DNA from: Acidimicrobiia bacterium
GTDB lineage: Bacteria; Actinomycetota; Acidimicrobiia; Spongiisociales; ZC4RG35
DNA: 31,309 bases
Direction of reading: 5' to 3'
NCBI GenBank assembly: GCA_036446715.1
Contig: JAZFTN010000196.1
Coordinates: forward strand, 1 to 31,309
Of the stretch, positions 16,403 to 25,349 are shown piece after piece. Numbering within the stretch: the stretch's first letter is position 1; each line of letters opens with the position of its first letter. The translations under genes were made by a program, and so were the position numbers. The notes beneath the pieces were generated by a model that saw only the letters and a list, made by a program, of their open reading frames with translations, had not been told where the DNA came from and searched no databases.

Positions 16403-17641
16403 ATGAAGCGTCTATTGGTGCTGGGAGCCGGCACCGCTGGGACGATGGTCGTCAACAAGCTCCGCCCCCTTCTCTCCGAAGAGGAATGGGCTTTGACCGT
16501 GGTCGACCAGGAGGCCACCCACCATTATCAGCCCGGATTCCTATTCATCCCGTTTGGCACCTACACCCCCGACGAGGTGACAAAGCCAAAAGAGAGGTTC
16601 ATCCCCGAGGGGGTCGACCTGGTCATGGGCGAGATCGACAAGATCGAGGCCGAGGCCAACCAAGTGCGTTTGGTGGACGGAACCGTTCTCCCATACGACT
16701 ACCTGGTGATCGCCACCGGAACAACACCGAGACCCGATCAGACCCCGGGCATGGATGGCGATGAGTGGAGAGAGAGCGTCTTCGATTTCTACTCGTACGA
16801 AGGCGCCACGGCCCTCGCCGACAAGCTTCGGGATTGGGACGGTGGGCGTCTCGTGGTGCACATCACCGAAATGCCGATCAAGTGCCCCGTTGCACCACTC
16901 GAGTTCGTTTTTCTCGCCGATTCCTTCTTCAAGGACAAGGAGATGCGGGACCGGGTGGAGATCACATATGTGACTCCTCTCGACGGAGCGTTCACCAAGC
17001 CGGTGGCCTCACGGCACCTGGGCGGGATGCTCGACGAGCGCAAGATCGAAGTTGAGACCGACTTCTACATCGAGAGCGTCGACAACGAGAACAAGACAAT
17101 TGTCTCCTACGACGAGAGGGAGATCCCCTTTGACCTGCTGGTGACGGTGCCCCTGAACATGGGCGCCGACTTCGTCGCTCGCAGTGGTCTCGGCGACGAG
17201 CTCAACTATGTGCCCGTCGACCACGGCACTTTCCTCTCCAGGAAGTTTGACAACATCTTCGCCCTCGGTGACGCAGCAGACCTGCCCACGTCGAAGGCGG
17301 GGTCGGTGGCCCATTTTGCGGTGGACATGTTCGCCAAGAACTTCCTCCAGCACATAAGAGGCCTGGAGATGACCCACCTATTCGATGGGCATGCCAACTG
17401 CTTCATCGAGTCCGGAGACGGCAAGGCGCTGCTTATCGACTTCAACTACGACACTCAGCCACTCCCCGGCAAGTACCCGATTCCGGGAATTGGCCCCTTC
17501 TCACTATTGGAGGAGACCGAGATCAACCACTTCGGGAAGCTGATGTTCAAGTGGGTCTACTGGAACGCCTTGCTGCCGGGTCGTGAGATCCCACTGCCGG
17601 CTCTCATGTCGATGGCCGGGAAGAAGGAGGTGGAGGGATGA
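16403..17641 (+). CDS. sqr: Sulfide:quinone oxidoreductase (type III-like)
   Basis: VLGAGTAG FAD motif, HHYQPGFL, IKCPVAPLEF, FALGDA, DGHANCF. AAGGA RBS before ATG 16403. Confidence 0.85.
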   Translation: MKRLLVLGAGTAGTMVVNKLRPLLSEEEWALTVVDQEATHHYQPGFLFIPFGTYTPDEVTKPKERFIPEGVDLVMGEIDKIEAEANQVRLVDGTVLPYDYLVIATGTTPRPDQTPGMDGDEWRESVFDFYSYEGATALADKLRDWDGGRLVVHITEMPIKCPVAPLEFVFLADSFFKDKEMRDRVEITYVTPLDGAFTKPVASRHLGGMLDERKIEVETDFYIESVDNENKTIVSYDEREIPFDLLVTVPLNMGADFVARSGLGDELNYVPVDHGTFLSRKFDNIFALGDAADLPTSKAGSVAHFAVDMFAKNFLQHIRGLEMTHLFDGHANCFIESGDGKALLIDFNYDTQPLPGKYPIPGIGPFSLLEETEINHFGKLMFKWVYWNALLPGREIPLPALMSMAGKKEVEG

Positions 17642-18171
17642 CCGTTTTAGCAACACCCGACGTAGAGCGGAGGCTCGACCAACTGACAGACCTCGTTGAG
17701 TATCTGGTGGAGGAATCAGAGGAGAGACGCCGGTTCAAGGAGAGCTACTCCGACCTGCTGAGCGACCTGACACCGATCGCCTCCCAGGGCATGGAGTCGG
17801 TGACCAGGGCCATGGTCGAAGCCGAGGAGCGTGGCTATATCGACTTCGCCAGGAGCGGTCTTGGCATCGTCGATCGGGTGGTCACGTCGTTCTCCGATGA
17901 GGACATCGAAGCTCTCGGCGACAACATCGTGTTGATCCTCGAAACGGTCAAGGAGATGACCCAGCCCGAGGTCATGCAGATGATGCAGTCGACTTTCCAC
18001 AGCGTCCAGAACGGCGATCGGGAGACAGCAGAGCCACCGGGGATGCTCGCTCTTCTCAGGCAGATGCGAGATCCAGAAGTGCGGCGCGGTCTCGCCAAGA
18101 TGATCGCCGCACTGCGGTCAATGGGACAGATTTCGGAAAACACACAAGAAAGAGAGGAGGCCCGGCCATGA
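17638..18171 (+). CDS. DUF1641-like helical protein (SQR-associated)
   Basis: C-terminal PPGMLALLRQMRDPEVRRGL motif; ATGA-coupled to sqr. Confidence 0.8.
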   Translation: MTVLATPDVERRLDQLTDLVEYLVEESEERRRFKESYSDLLSDLTPIASQGMESVTRAMVEAEERGYIDFARSGLGIVDRVVTSFSDEDIEALGDNIVLILETVKEMTQPEVMQMMQSTFHSVQNGDRETAEPPGMLALLRQMRDPEVRRGLAKMIAALRSMGQISENTQEREEARP

Positions 18172-18482
18172 GCCTGGCAACCATTGGAAGTCACGAAGTC
18201 CACGTAGATGACGAGGGATTCATGACCGACTACGACGAGTGGAGTGAGGAGCTGGGCAAGACCCTGGCCAACAACATCGGTATCGACATGAGCGATCAGC
18301 ATTGGACAGCGGTGCGGTTCCTTCGCGACGACTTCAAGGTCGAGGGTGAGACTCCGACCCTGAGACGAGTTTCAACAGTCGGTGGCGTCTCCACCAAGGA
18401 GCTCTTCCAGCTTTTTCCGAAGAAGCCGGCCAAGAAGATGGCCTACATCGCAGGGCTGCCCAAGCCGGCAGGCTGCGTCTGA
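18168..18482 (+). CDS. tusE: TusE/DsrC family sulfur relay protein with a single C-terminal Cys
   Basis: VDDEGFM, WSEELG, HWTAVRFLR, LFQLFP, AGLPKPAGCV. Confidence 0.88.
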   Translation: MSLATIGSHEVHVDDEGFMTDYDEWSEELGKTLANNIGIDMSDQHWTAVRFLRDDFKVEGETPTLRRVSTVGGVSTKELFQLFPKKPAKKMAYIAGLPKPAGCV

Positions 18483-18496
18483 TTGGAGGTTTGACA

Positions 18497-19030
18497 ATGA
18501 CAACCACACAAACTGCACCGGCAATCGTGCCCGACTTCGGTGACGATTCCGAAGTGCGAAAGATCTGCTTCATTTGCTCCAAGGGCAACCTTGATATGGC
18601 ATACCCAGCTCTGATCATGGCCAATGGCGCCCTCAACGAGGGCGTGGAGGTTGACATCTTCTTCACGTTCTGGGGCATGGACATGCTCAACAAGGGGACA
18701 TGGAACGACCTCCAGTTCTCGATGCTCGGCAACACAGCGATGCACATGCCAGGCTCGACCAAACACCTTCCCCAAGGACTCGGCGGGCTGCCGGGTATGA
18801 CCGGGTTTGCCACGCACATGCTGAAGAAGCAGATTGGCGATCTCGACGTGCCTGAGATTCCCGAGTTCCTCGAGATGCTCCATGAGATGGGTGCCCGGCT
18901 CTGGGCATGCCAGCTGTCCGTAGACATGATGGGCCTCACCAAAGACGATTTGTATGAGGGTGTCGAGGACATCATCAACGTCGGTGAGTTCGTCGAACTC
19001 TCGGAAGGCGCTCAAACGCTGTTCATCTGA
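18497..19030 (+). CDS. DsrE/DsrF-like sulfurtransferase (DsrE2-type)
   Basis: ICSKGNLDMAYPALIMA, IFFTFWGM, LWACQLSVDMM, TLFI end. GGAGGT 6 nt before ATG 18497. Confidence 0.85.
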   Translation: MTTTQTAPAIVPDFGDDSEVRKICFICSKGNLDMAYPALIMANGALNEGVEVDIFFTFWGMDMLNKGTWNDLQFSMLGNTAMHMPGSTKHLPQGLGGLPGMTGFATHMLKKQIGDLDVPEIPEFLEMLHEMGARLWACQLSVDMMGLTKDDLYEGVEDIINVGEFVELSEGAQTLFI

Positions 19031-19059
19031 GTTTCAGACCCCTTGGTCTGAGAATCCGG

Positions 19060-19092
19060 GTAGGTCTCGCCCCGCTAAGGGGCGGGGCCTAC
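19060..19092 (+). terminator. Intrinsic terminator after the sqr operon
   Basis: GTAGGTCTCGCCCC-GCTAA-GGGGCGGGGCCTAC followed by TTGTT. A second small hairpin, TCAGACC-CCTT-GGTCTGA, sits at 19034-19051. Confidence 0.75.
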
Positions 19093-19124
19093 TTGTTGCG
19101 TGTGCCACATCGGGGCGACCGAGG

Positions 19125-19162
19125 GCAACCTGCTCTTCACGGATCCGAAACAGCCTCGAAAC
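19125..19162 (+). promoter_or_regulatory. GlnR-type box upstream of amt
   Basis: GCAAC-N6-TTCAC-N6-GAAAC-N6-GAAAC matches the actinobacterial gTnAc-N6-GaAAc arrangement with 11-bp periodicity. Confidence 0.7.
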
Positions 19163-19208
19163 GAATATGGGCCATCTTCTCCCACTTCCAAGACGGAAAG
19201 GGAGACTC

Positions 19209-20432
19209 ATGGACAGCGGCGATACTGCCTGGGTTCTGATCAGCTCGGCTCTGGTTCTATTCATGACGCCAGGGCTGGCGTTCTTCTACGGCGGCATGGT
19301 TCGGGCGAAGAACGTTCTCAACATGCTGATGATGAACTTCTTCACGATCTCGATCGTGACCGTCATCTGGGTTCTGGTCGGCTGGACGATCGCCTTCGGT
19401 GGAGAGGGCGGTGGGATCATCGGCGACTTCAGCGAGATGGGCTTCGAGGGGTTGTCGGGAGATGGTCTTCTCATCGCGATGTTTCAAATGACGTTCGCCA
19501 TCATCACACCTGCTCTCATCGCCGGGGCGGTAGCCGGCAGGATGAAGTTCAAGGCGTGGGTGCTCTTCGTCTCGCTGTGGGCGCTTCTTGTATACCCGGT
19601 GGTCGCCCACTGGACCTGGGAAGGTTGGCTTCTGGACCTCGGCGCCATTGACTTCGCCGGAGGTCTCGTCGTGCACATAAACGCCGGCGTCGCCGCACTG
19701 GCACTGGTTCTCGTTTTGGGTGTCAGGAAGGGGTTTGGGAAGGAAGCACCCAGAGCCCACTTTCTGCCGCTGACCTTGATAGGAACCGGCATCCTTTGGT
19801 TTGGCTGGTTTGGCTTCAACGCCGGCTCGGCCTTGGGTGCCAACGATGGAGCGATCAACGCGATGGTTACGACTCAGATCGGCGCGGCTCTCGGAGCATT
19901 GGGATGGGTCGTTGCGGAATGGCGCAAGAGGGGCGCGCCAACCACGCTCGGGGCGGCTTGTGGGGCTATTGCCGGTCTTGTCGCCATTACTCCGGCCGCG
20001 GGTTTTGTCGGTCCCCTTGTAGCGTTCGTTTTTGGAGGGCTGGCCGGTGTGGTCTGCTACGCGGCAGTATCACTGAAGTTCCGATTCGGATACGACGACT
20101 CACTGGACGTCGTCGGTGTCCACCTTGTCGGCGGTATTGTCGGTTCCCTGCTCGTTGGTGTGCTTGCCCAGGCCTCGGTCGGTGGTGTCGACGGAGCGTT
20201 GTTCGGCAATTTCGCTCAGATCTGGTACCAACTCGTGGGAGTAATCGCCGTAATCGGCTACAGCTTCGTTGCCACCTGGCTCATAGCGATTCTGGTGAAT
20301 GCGGTTGTCGGGCTCAGGGCAGAAGACGGTGAGGAGGACGAAGGGCTCGATATCTCGCTCCATGAGGAGCGCGCCTACGTGCTCGCCGATTGGGTGCCTG
20401 ACCCCTTGGCGATTCGGAGTACGGAGGTTTAG
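19209..20432 (+). CDS. amt: Ammonium transporter
   Basis: MDSGDTAW, FMTPGLAFFYGG, FQMTFAIITPALIAG, DFAGGLVVH, WFGWFGFNAGS, DDSLDVVGVH. Both conserved His residues are present; AAGGGAG RBS. Confidence 0.96.
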   Translation: MDSGDTAWVLISSALVLFMTPGLAFFYGGMVRAKNVLNMLMMNFFTISIVTVIWVLVGWTIAFGGEGGGIIGDFSEMGFEGLSGDGLLIAMFQMTFAIITPALIAGAVAGRMKFKAWVLFVSLWALLVYPVVAHWTWEGWLLDLGAIDFAGGLVVHINAGVAALALVLVLGVRKGFGKEAPRAHFLPLTLIGTGILWFGWFGFNAGSALGANDGAINAMVTTQIGAALGALGWVVAEWRKRGAPTTLGAACGAIAGLVAITPAAGFVGPLVAFVFGGLAGVVCYAAVSLKFRFGYDDSLDVVGVHLVGGIVGSLLVGVLAQASVGGVDGALFGNFAQIWYQLVGVIAVIGYSFVATWLIAILVNAVVGLRAEDGEEDEGLDISLHEERAYVLADWVPDPLAIRSTEV

Positions 20433-21238
20433 GGGGCGAACACCCGGATTTCGATGGCGCCGGTGTTGCCACCGGTCGAGTTGACGATGTCGAAACGGAG
20501 GATCTTGCCGGTCGTCACCAGCTCGGTGAATCTTGTGTCGGCGAGGTTGCCCGCAGGGAACGGCCCGAGCACGTCGCCCGAATCGACCGTCACCGTGTAC
20601 TCGGTGGTCGTCGCCGTCCCGTCAGCCATCGAGCGTGTCAGGAACTCGACCCCGGCGATGTCTTCTGCCGAGCCGAGGTCGATGACGATGAATGCGTCGT
20701 CGCCATCTCCTGACGTGGCCCACTCGGTGGTGGTGTCACCGTCGATCGCGTTTGGCCCTGCCCAGGCGTCGGAAAACTCCGAGCTTGTCTCGACGACGGT
20801 CCCCATCAGTGACAGGTTGTCGCCATGTTCCATGTCCTCGTTCCCACCCTCGGGGGCGTCGGACTCAGGAATGACGAAGGTCGCCAGCTCACTCTCGTAG
20901 AGGGTTCCGTCCGCAGTGGAGCCCTGCACCTTGTAGAAGTACGTCACTCCGGGTTCGGCACCTGGGAGAAACACATCGTGTCTGACTATGCCGGTGCCGT
21001 TCATTGCCAGGGAGTTGTTGAAGTTTCCCAGCGATTCTGTTTCGCCCCAGACGATGGCACAGATCATTGGCTCGGTTGTCTCCATCCGAAAGATGGCCCG
21101 ACTCGGGTTGGTGGGGTCCGCCTCGAAGACGAACTCCGTCGCCTGGACCTCACTGAATGGCCGAACTGCACTAGCGGAGCCACCGCATGCAGCTATCAGG
21201 AGGCCAAGACCAAGAGCCATGAAGGCGAGTCGTCTCAT
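20429..21238 (-). CDS. Lipoprotein with FN3-like and discoidin (F5/8 type C) domains
   Basis: Signal peptide MRRLAFMALGLGLLIAAC (lipobox). HDVFLPGAEPGVTYFYKV, AIDGDTTTEW, IVIDLG, EIRVF. Confidence 0.8.
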   Translation of the reverse strand: MRRLAFMALGLGLLIAACGGSASAVRPFSEVQATEFVFEADPTNPSRAIFRMETTEPMICAIVWGETESLGNFNNSLAMNGTGIVRHDVFLPGAEPGVTYFYKVQGSTADGTLYESELATFVIPESDAPEGGNEDMEHGDNLSLMGTVVETSSEFSDAWAGPNAIDGDTTTEWATSGDGDDAFIVIDLGSAEDIAGVEFLTRSMADGTATTTEYTVTVDSGDVLGPFPAGNLADTRFTELVTTGKILRFDIVNSTGGNTGAIEIRVFAP

Positions 21239-22059
21239 GTTGTTGCCCCATTCTGGTCCGGTGTGGCTGCTGTGACCTGACCTCCGTATGACGTCCAGCC
21301 GCGAATACCGCCCTTGATGTCGCGGACCTGAGCGACGTCGTTCCTTCTCAGGGCGCGGACGGCCCGACGACTCCGAGCACCGGTGGCGCAATAGAGGAGA
21401 TATCGGGTGTCGGTGTCAAGCGCCTCGATGTTCGATTCGAAGTTGGCGTCGAGGGGAACGTGAAGGCTTCCCGGAATCATCTCGGAGTCACGTTCGTCCG
21501 CCGATCGGATGTCGAGGAGAACCGGGGCATCGTCTGAATCCATGAGACGCATGGCATCGTTGGCCCGGACCCACGTCGAATCGCCAGTGCTCGGTCTGAG
21601 GTCGTAGACAGCGGCACCCAAGAGGGCGGCGGCCACTCCCAGCAGCCACCAGGTGCCAGAGGCAAAGCCCACCGCTCCGGTGATTGCCGCGGCAAGAAGT
21701 CGGATGCGACGCTCCCCACTCGAGATTCGATGAGATGTCTTGGCCTGCCCGTCCTCGGCGGCGCTGAACAGTCTTCGGATGTCGGATTCGGCACCCGACC
21801 CCACATGTCGGCTCACCTCTCCTCCGTTCGACATTGCGATCAGGGTTGGCGTGGCTTTCGCCTTGAGGTCTCTGGCGATATCGGGTTGAGCAGCTGCGTC
21901 GATCTCGATCACACCGACCTTTCCCTGGTACTCATCGGCAAGGGTGCCGACATGAGGTCTCACCGCTCTACAAGCGTGACATCCGGGAGACGTGATGAAA
22001 ACGACGGAAGGAGACGAGGGTCGTCTCCATTCCGTCGTCTTGTTGTCGTCGGTTTCCAT
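21235..22059 (-). CDS. Thioredoxin - membrane hairpin - rhodanese fusion protein
   Basis: N-terminal SPGCHAC and ATPTL, central hydrophobic hairpin, C-terminal LLDIRS...IPGSLHVP...LLYCATGARS...DIKGGIRGW. Confidence 0.85.
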   Translation of the reverse strand: METDDNKTTEWRRPSSPSVVFITSPGCHACRAVRPHVGTLADEYQGKVGVIEIDAAAQPDIARDLKAKATPTLIAMSNGGEVSRHVGSGAESDIRRLFSAAEDGQAKTSHRISSGERRIRLLAAAITGAVGFASGTWWLLGVAAALLGAAVYDLRPSTGDSTWVRANDAMRLMDSDDAPVLLDIRSADERDSEMIPGSLHVPLDANFESNIEALDTDTRYLLYCATGARSRRAVRALRRNDVAQVRDIKGGIRGWTSYGGQVTAATPDQNGATT

Positions 22060-22263
22060 TCAGAAAACGGGATCTGCGTTCTTGGTTCCCGTGCGGAAGA
22101 TGGCATAGATCGGGCAGAAACCGACGGCTGCGGTCCCTACGAGGATGACACCGACTGCAATCGCGGCGATTGCTCCGGCGCCGGAAAGTGTGAAGGCTCC
22201 GACAGCCAGCAGGCCTCCGCCGACGACTACTCGTGCGATCCTGTCCCAGTTTGACTCGTTCAT
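22060..22263 (-). CDS. DUF2892 (YgaP-like) membrane protein
   Basis: MNESNWDRIARVVVG...GFCPIYAIF; AGGAG and AGGGA upstream. Confidence 0.88.
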   Translation of the reverse strand: MNESNWDRIARVVVGGGLLAVGAFTLSGAGAIAAIAVGVILVGTAAVGFCPIYAIFRTGTKNADPVF

Positions 22264-22326
22264 TGTTCCCTGCTCCTGTTTCGGGGGTGTACACCGGGTA
22301 CGACGCAGTAATCTCAGATCGGTCAC

Positions 22327-22839
22327 ATGACTTCTGCGACTGTTTCCACGATTCAGCTGTTCGAGCGGTACGCCGACGGGATCTACACCCTCGGTGTCCG
22401 CATGCTGCGAGATCGTCATCTCGCCGAGGACCTGGTCCAGGACACATTCCTCAAGATCCTCAGAGGGTCGGCGCCATACACGGGCGACGGCTCGTTGGCC
22501 GGGTGGGTTTACCGGATCGGCTACAACGGGGCGTTGGATCTGATTCGTCGGCGTCGGGAGATCCCGCACGACGCCACCACACCCGAGACCTGGACGGTGG
22601 CCACGGAGGCCAGCGCGGAGTCTGCGGTCATGGCGAGGGCGCTCGGAGAAGCGTTGGACGCCGCCATCCAGGAATTGCCCGAGACGCTCCGGGCCGCTTT
22701 TGTTCTCAGGGATGTGGAGGAGCTCTCCACGTCGGAAGTCGCCCAGGTGCTGGGAATCGGTGAGTCGGCCGTCAAGATGCGGCTGGCGCGAGCACGTGAG
22801 CAGATGCGAGTCTCGTTGGGAGATCGACTATGGAACTGA
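22327..22839 (+). CDS. ECF RNA polymerase sigma factor
   Basis: Region 2 (LAEDLVQDTFL, WVYRI) and region 4 (LPETLRAAFVLR...EVAQVLG...VKMRLARAR). Confidence 0.92.
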   Translation: MTSATVSTIQLFERYADGIYTLGVRMLRDRHLAEDLVQDTFLKILRGSAPYTGDGSLAGWVYRIGYNGALDLIRRRREIPHDATTPETWTVATEASAESAVMARALGEALDAAIQELPETLRAAFVLRDVEELSTSEVAQVLGIGESAVKMRLARAREQMRVSLGDRLWN

Positions 22840-23069
22840 CATGCGAGAGCCTCGAAGCCCTCCTTCCCGAGATGATGGATGGTCGACTCGGCAAGGAAGA
22901 GGAGATGGGAGCGGCCACACACCTGGCCACCTGCGAGAGCTGCCGGCTGATCGTTGATGAGACCAATCAGGTGCGAATCGCTGCACGGGAACATGGGCGC
23001 ATCGAGATGCCGGACGACGTGCGCGCCCGCATTCGTGGATCCCTCGAAGAGGAGCAGGCCTCGGGCTAG
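22830..23069 (+). CDS. Soluble zf-HC2 (ZAS) anti-sigma factor
   Basis: MELTC...HLATCESC (Hx3Cx2C); no transmembrane segment; overlaps the sigma gene. Confidence 0.88.
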   Translation: MELTCESLEALLPEMMDGRLGKEEEMGAATHLATCESCRLIVDETNQVRIAAREHGRIEMPDDVRARIRGSLEEEQASG

Positions 23070-24238
23070 TGCAGGTCTCCATTGACTCTCTAACCCGCAT
23101 TGGAACACCGCGCTCCAGTGACCCTCGGCTGCTCAATCGTCTGTTCGGGTCGTCGGAGGGAATCCTTCCGTTGTGGATCGCAGAGCCTTATGTCCCCCTT
23201 TCGCCCACTGTTGTCGATGCGGTGAAGGAGCGGGCGTCTGAAGGTTGGTATGGCTACGAGACGCGCCCACGGGAAGTGTTGGACACCTTCTGGAGCTGGA
23301 TGGATCGACGTCATGGCTGGGACGGGTCGGGGCTCAGCACGTCGATTAGCCCGAGCATCGGCACATCGATCGGCGTTCTGATCGGATTGCTCACCGAAGA
23401 GAATGACGGCGTGATTCTGCAACCTCCGGTGTTCACCGATTTCAAGCCTCTGATCAAAAGGGCCGGGCGGGAGCCCACCCGAAACTCGCTCCGGCTTGAG
23501 AATGGCTTATACACGATGGACCTCGAGGACCTGGCGGCGAGGGCGTCGAAGCCCGAGAACAAAGTTCTGATTCTCTGCAATCCGCACAACCCCGTTGGGA
23601 GAGTGTGGACAGCGGAAGAACTCAAAGCCGTGGCAGAGATCTGTAGCGCCGAGGGCGTGACGGTCATCTCCGACGAGATCCATGCCGATCTTGCTCTTTC
23701 CTCGAATCACTTCGTGCCATTTGCCACAGCGGCAGAAGGATCAGGTGTCCGCTGGGCCGCGACTCACGGCCCCATCAAGACGTTTGGGGTTGCCGGGATC
23801 GCCGATACGCTTCTCATCACCGACGACGAAGAGCTGTCAGCAGGCTTCAGGTCTATGACGGAACGTCTTCACTTGACGCGTAACAACGTGTTCGCGCTCG
23901 CTGTCGCCAAGGCCGGCTTTCTGGCCGGCGATGATTGGGTCGACGGGTTGCTGGCACTTGTGGCCGACAATGTCGAAACGCTCGAAGGGGGTCTGCCCGA
24001 CGGAATTGATCTCATCAAACCCGAAGGGACCTATCTGGCTTGGCTGGACTTCAGACAACTCCAGATGGATGTCCAAGAGTTGGCGAAATGGCTCGTTGGG
24101 GAGGCTCGCCTCGCCCTGAGTCCGGGGCACTGGTTTGGGAGAGAAGGCGCCGGATTCGCCCGAATGACGATCGCGGTCGACCCGGTCATCATTGACGAAG
24201 CAGTGGGGCGTTTGCAGACTGCCGTGGCGAAGAGGTAG
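23069..24238 (+). CDS. MalY/PatB family PLP-dependent C-S lyase / aminotransferase class I/II
   Basis: LPLWIAE, GWYGY, LCNPHNPVGRVW, ISDEIHADL, PIKTFGVAG, PEGTYLAWLD. Confidence 0.88.
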   Translation: MQVSIDSLTRIGTPRSSDPRLLNRLFGSSEGILPLWIAEPYVPLSPTVVDAVKERASEGWYGYETRPREVLDTFWSWMDRRHGWDGSGLSTSISPSIGTSIGVLIGLLTEENDGVILQPPVFTDFKPLIKRAGREPTRNSLRLENGLYTMDLEDLAARASKPENKVLILCNPHNPVGRVWTAEELKAVAEICSAEGVTVISDEIHADLALSSNHFVPFATAAEGSGVRWAATHGPIKTFGVAGIADTLLITDDEELSAGFRSMTERLHLTRNNVFALAVAKAGFLAGDDWVDGLLALVADNVETLEGGLPDGIDLIKPEGTYLAWLDFRQLQMDVQELAKWLVGEARLALSPGHWFGREGAGFARMTIAVDPVIIDEAVGRLQTAVAKR

Positions 24239-24269
24239 CTACGGCGATGGCTAACGGCGCCAAGCCGAG

Positions 24270-25349
24270 ATGAGGTTTCTCAGACGTATCACTCCGGACC
24301 TTCCCCTGGAAACGGTCGCGGATGTGCTTGCCGAGGAGTACGGGCTCGACGGTGATTTGACCCCCTTCGAGAGTGAGCGGGACCAGAACGTGCGGGTCGA
24401 TACCGCTGAGCGCTCGTATCTCTTCAAGATCTTCAACGCAAACGAGGACCAAGCGGTAATCGACTTTCAAATCGAAGGGCTGCGACACATCCAGCGGGTC
24501 GACCCCGCCGTTCCCGTGCCTCGGACACTCCCCACCCTCACCGGAGCGGCCACCGGCAGGGTCGTGAGGCCGGACGGCACCAGCCACACCGTGTGTCTCA
24601 TGTCATTCCTGGAAGGCGTTATCGCGGGCACTCGACCCGAATTCGATACCCCGGCCTTCCGGCGAAACACGGGGGCGATGTTGGCCCGTCTCGATAGGGC
24701 TCTTCGTGGTTTCTTCCATCCCGCTTCCGGTCAGGATCACCCGTGGGACATGTCTCGTCTGCCTCGCCTGTTGGAGTACACCCGGTACATCGAGAACGAC
24801 TCGGCTCGCCGCAGCGTGGTTTCGATACTGTGCCAGATCCGCGATCACACCCTTCCGGCGTGTGTCTCATTGCGTCACCAGGTAATCCATCAGGACGGAC
24901 ACACATGGAATCTGGTTGTTGATCCCGAGGATCCGGCCGAGATTTCGGGGATCATCGATTTTGGGGACATGGTCTACGGTCCGCTGATAAACGAACTAGC
25001 GGTCGCTGCCTATCTCTCAGGACGTGCCGATCCGTCACCGGAGACCTTGGTCGATATCGCGGTTGGGTACGACTCCGTGATGTCTCTGGAGAGGGGCGAC
25101 GTTGAGGTGTTGTTCGACCTCGTATTGGGACGGATGGCGATGAACCTGATCATCTCCGAATCTCGTGCCGCACTGTTTTCCGACGAGCCTTCTCACGAAT
25201 CGGATCGTGAGGTGCTTTGGGAGCGGATTGAGGGCGCTCTCGAGGTGGCATCGGACGTCGAGGACTCAATTCGGCGAACTCTGGGATTCCCGTCACCGGC
25301 CTACGGTGAATCGACTTCCGAACTGCGCTCACGTCGCGTCGCTGGGTAG
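24270..25349 (+). CDS. Aminoglycoside/homoserine kinase type II-like phosphotransferase (hydroxylysine-kinase-like)
   Basis: SERDQN, YLFKI, QVIHQDGHTWNLV, GIIDFGD. Confidence 0.85.
   Translation: MRFLRRITPDLPLETVADVLAEEYGLDGDLTPFESERDQNVRVDTAERSYLFKIFNANEDQAVIDFQIEGLRHIQRVDPAVPVPRTLPTLTGAATGRVVRPDGTSHTVCLMSFLEGVIAGTRPEFDTPAFRRNTGAMLARLDRALRGFFHPASGQDHPWDMSRLPRLLEYTRYIENDSARRSVVSILCQIRDHTLPACVSLRHQVIHQDGHTWNLVVDPEDPAEISGIIDFGDMVYGPLINELAVAAYLSGRADPSPETLVDIAVGYDSVMSLERGDVEVLFDLVLGRMAMNLIISESRAALFSDEPSHESDREVLWERIEGALEVASDVEDSIRRTLGFPSPAYGESTSELRSRRVAG

Noticed and set aside
18168-18482. Evidence for a (reverse) Dsr pathway
   Set aside because: Only one C-terminal Cys is present, and there is no dsrAB in the window.
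25347-25349. Pyrrolysine or amber read-through
   Set aside because: The downstream sequence is an internally deleted domain, so read-through would not give a complete enzyme; no pyl genes are seen.
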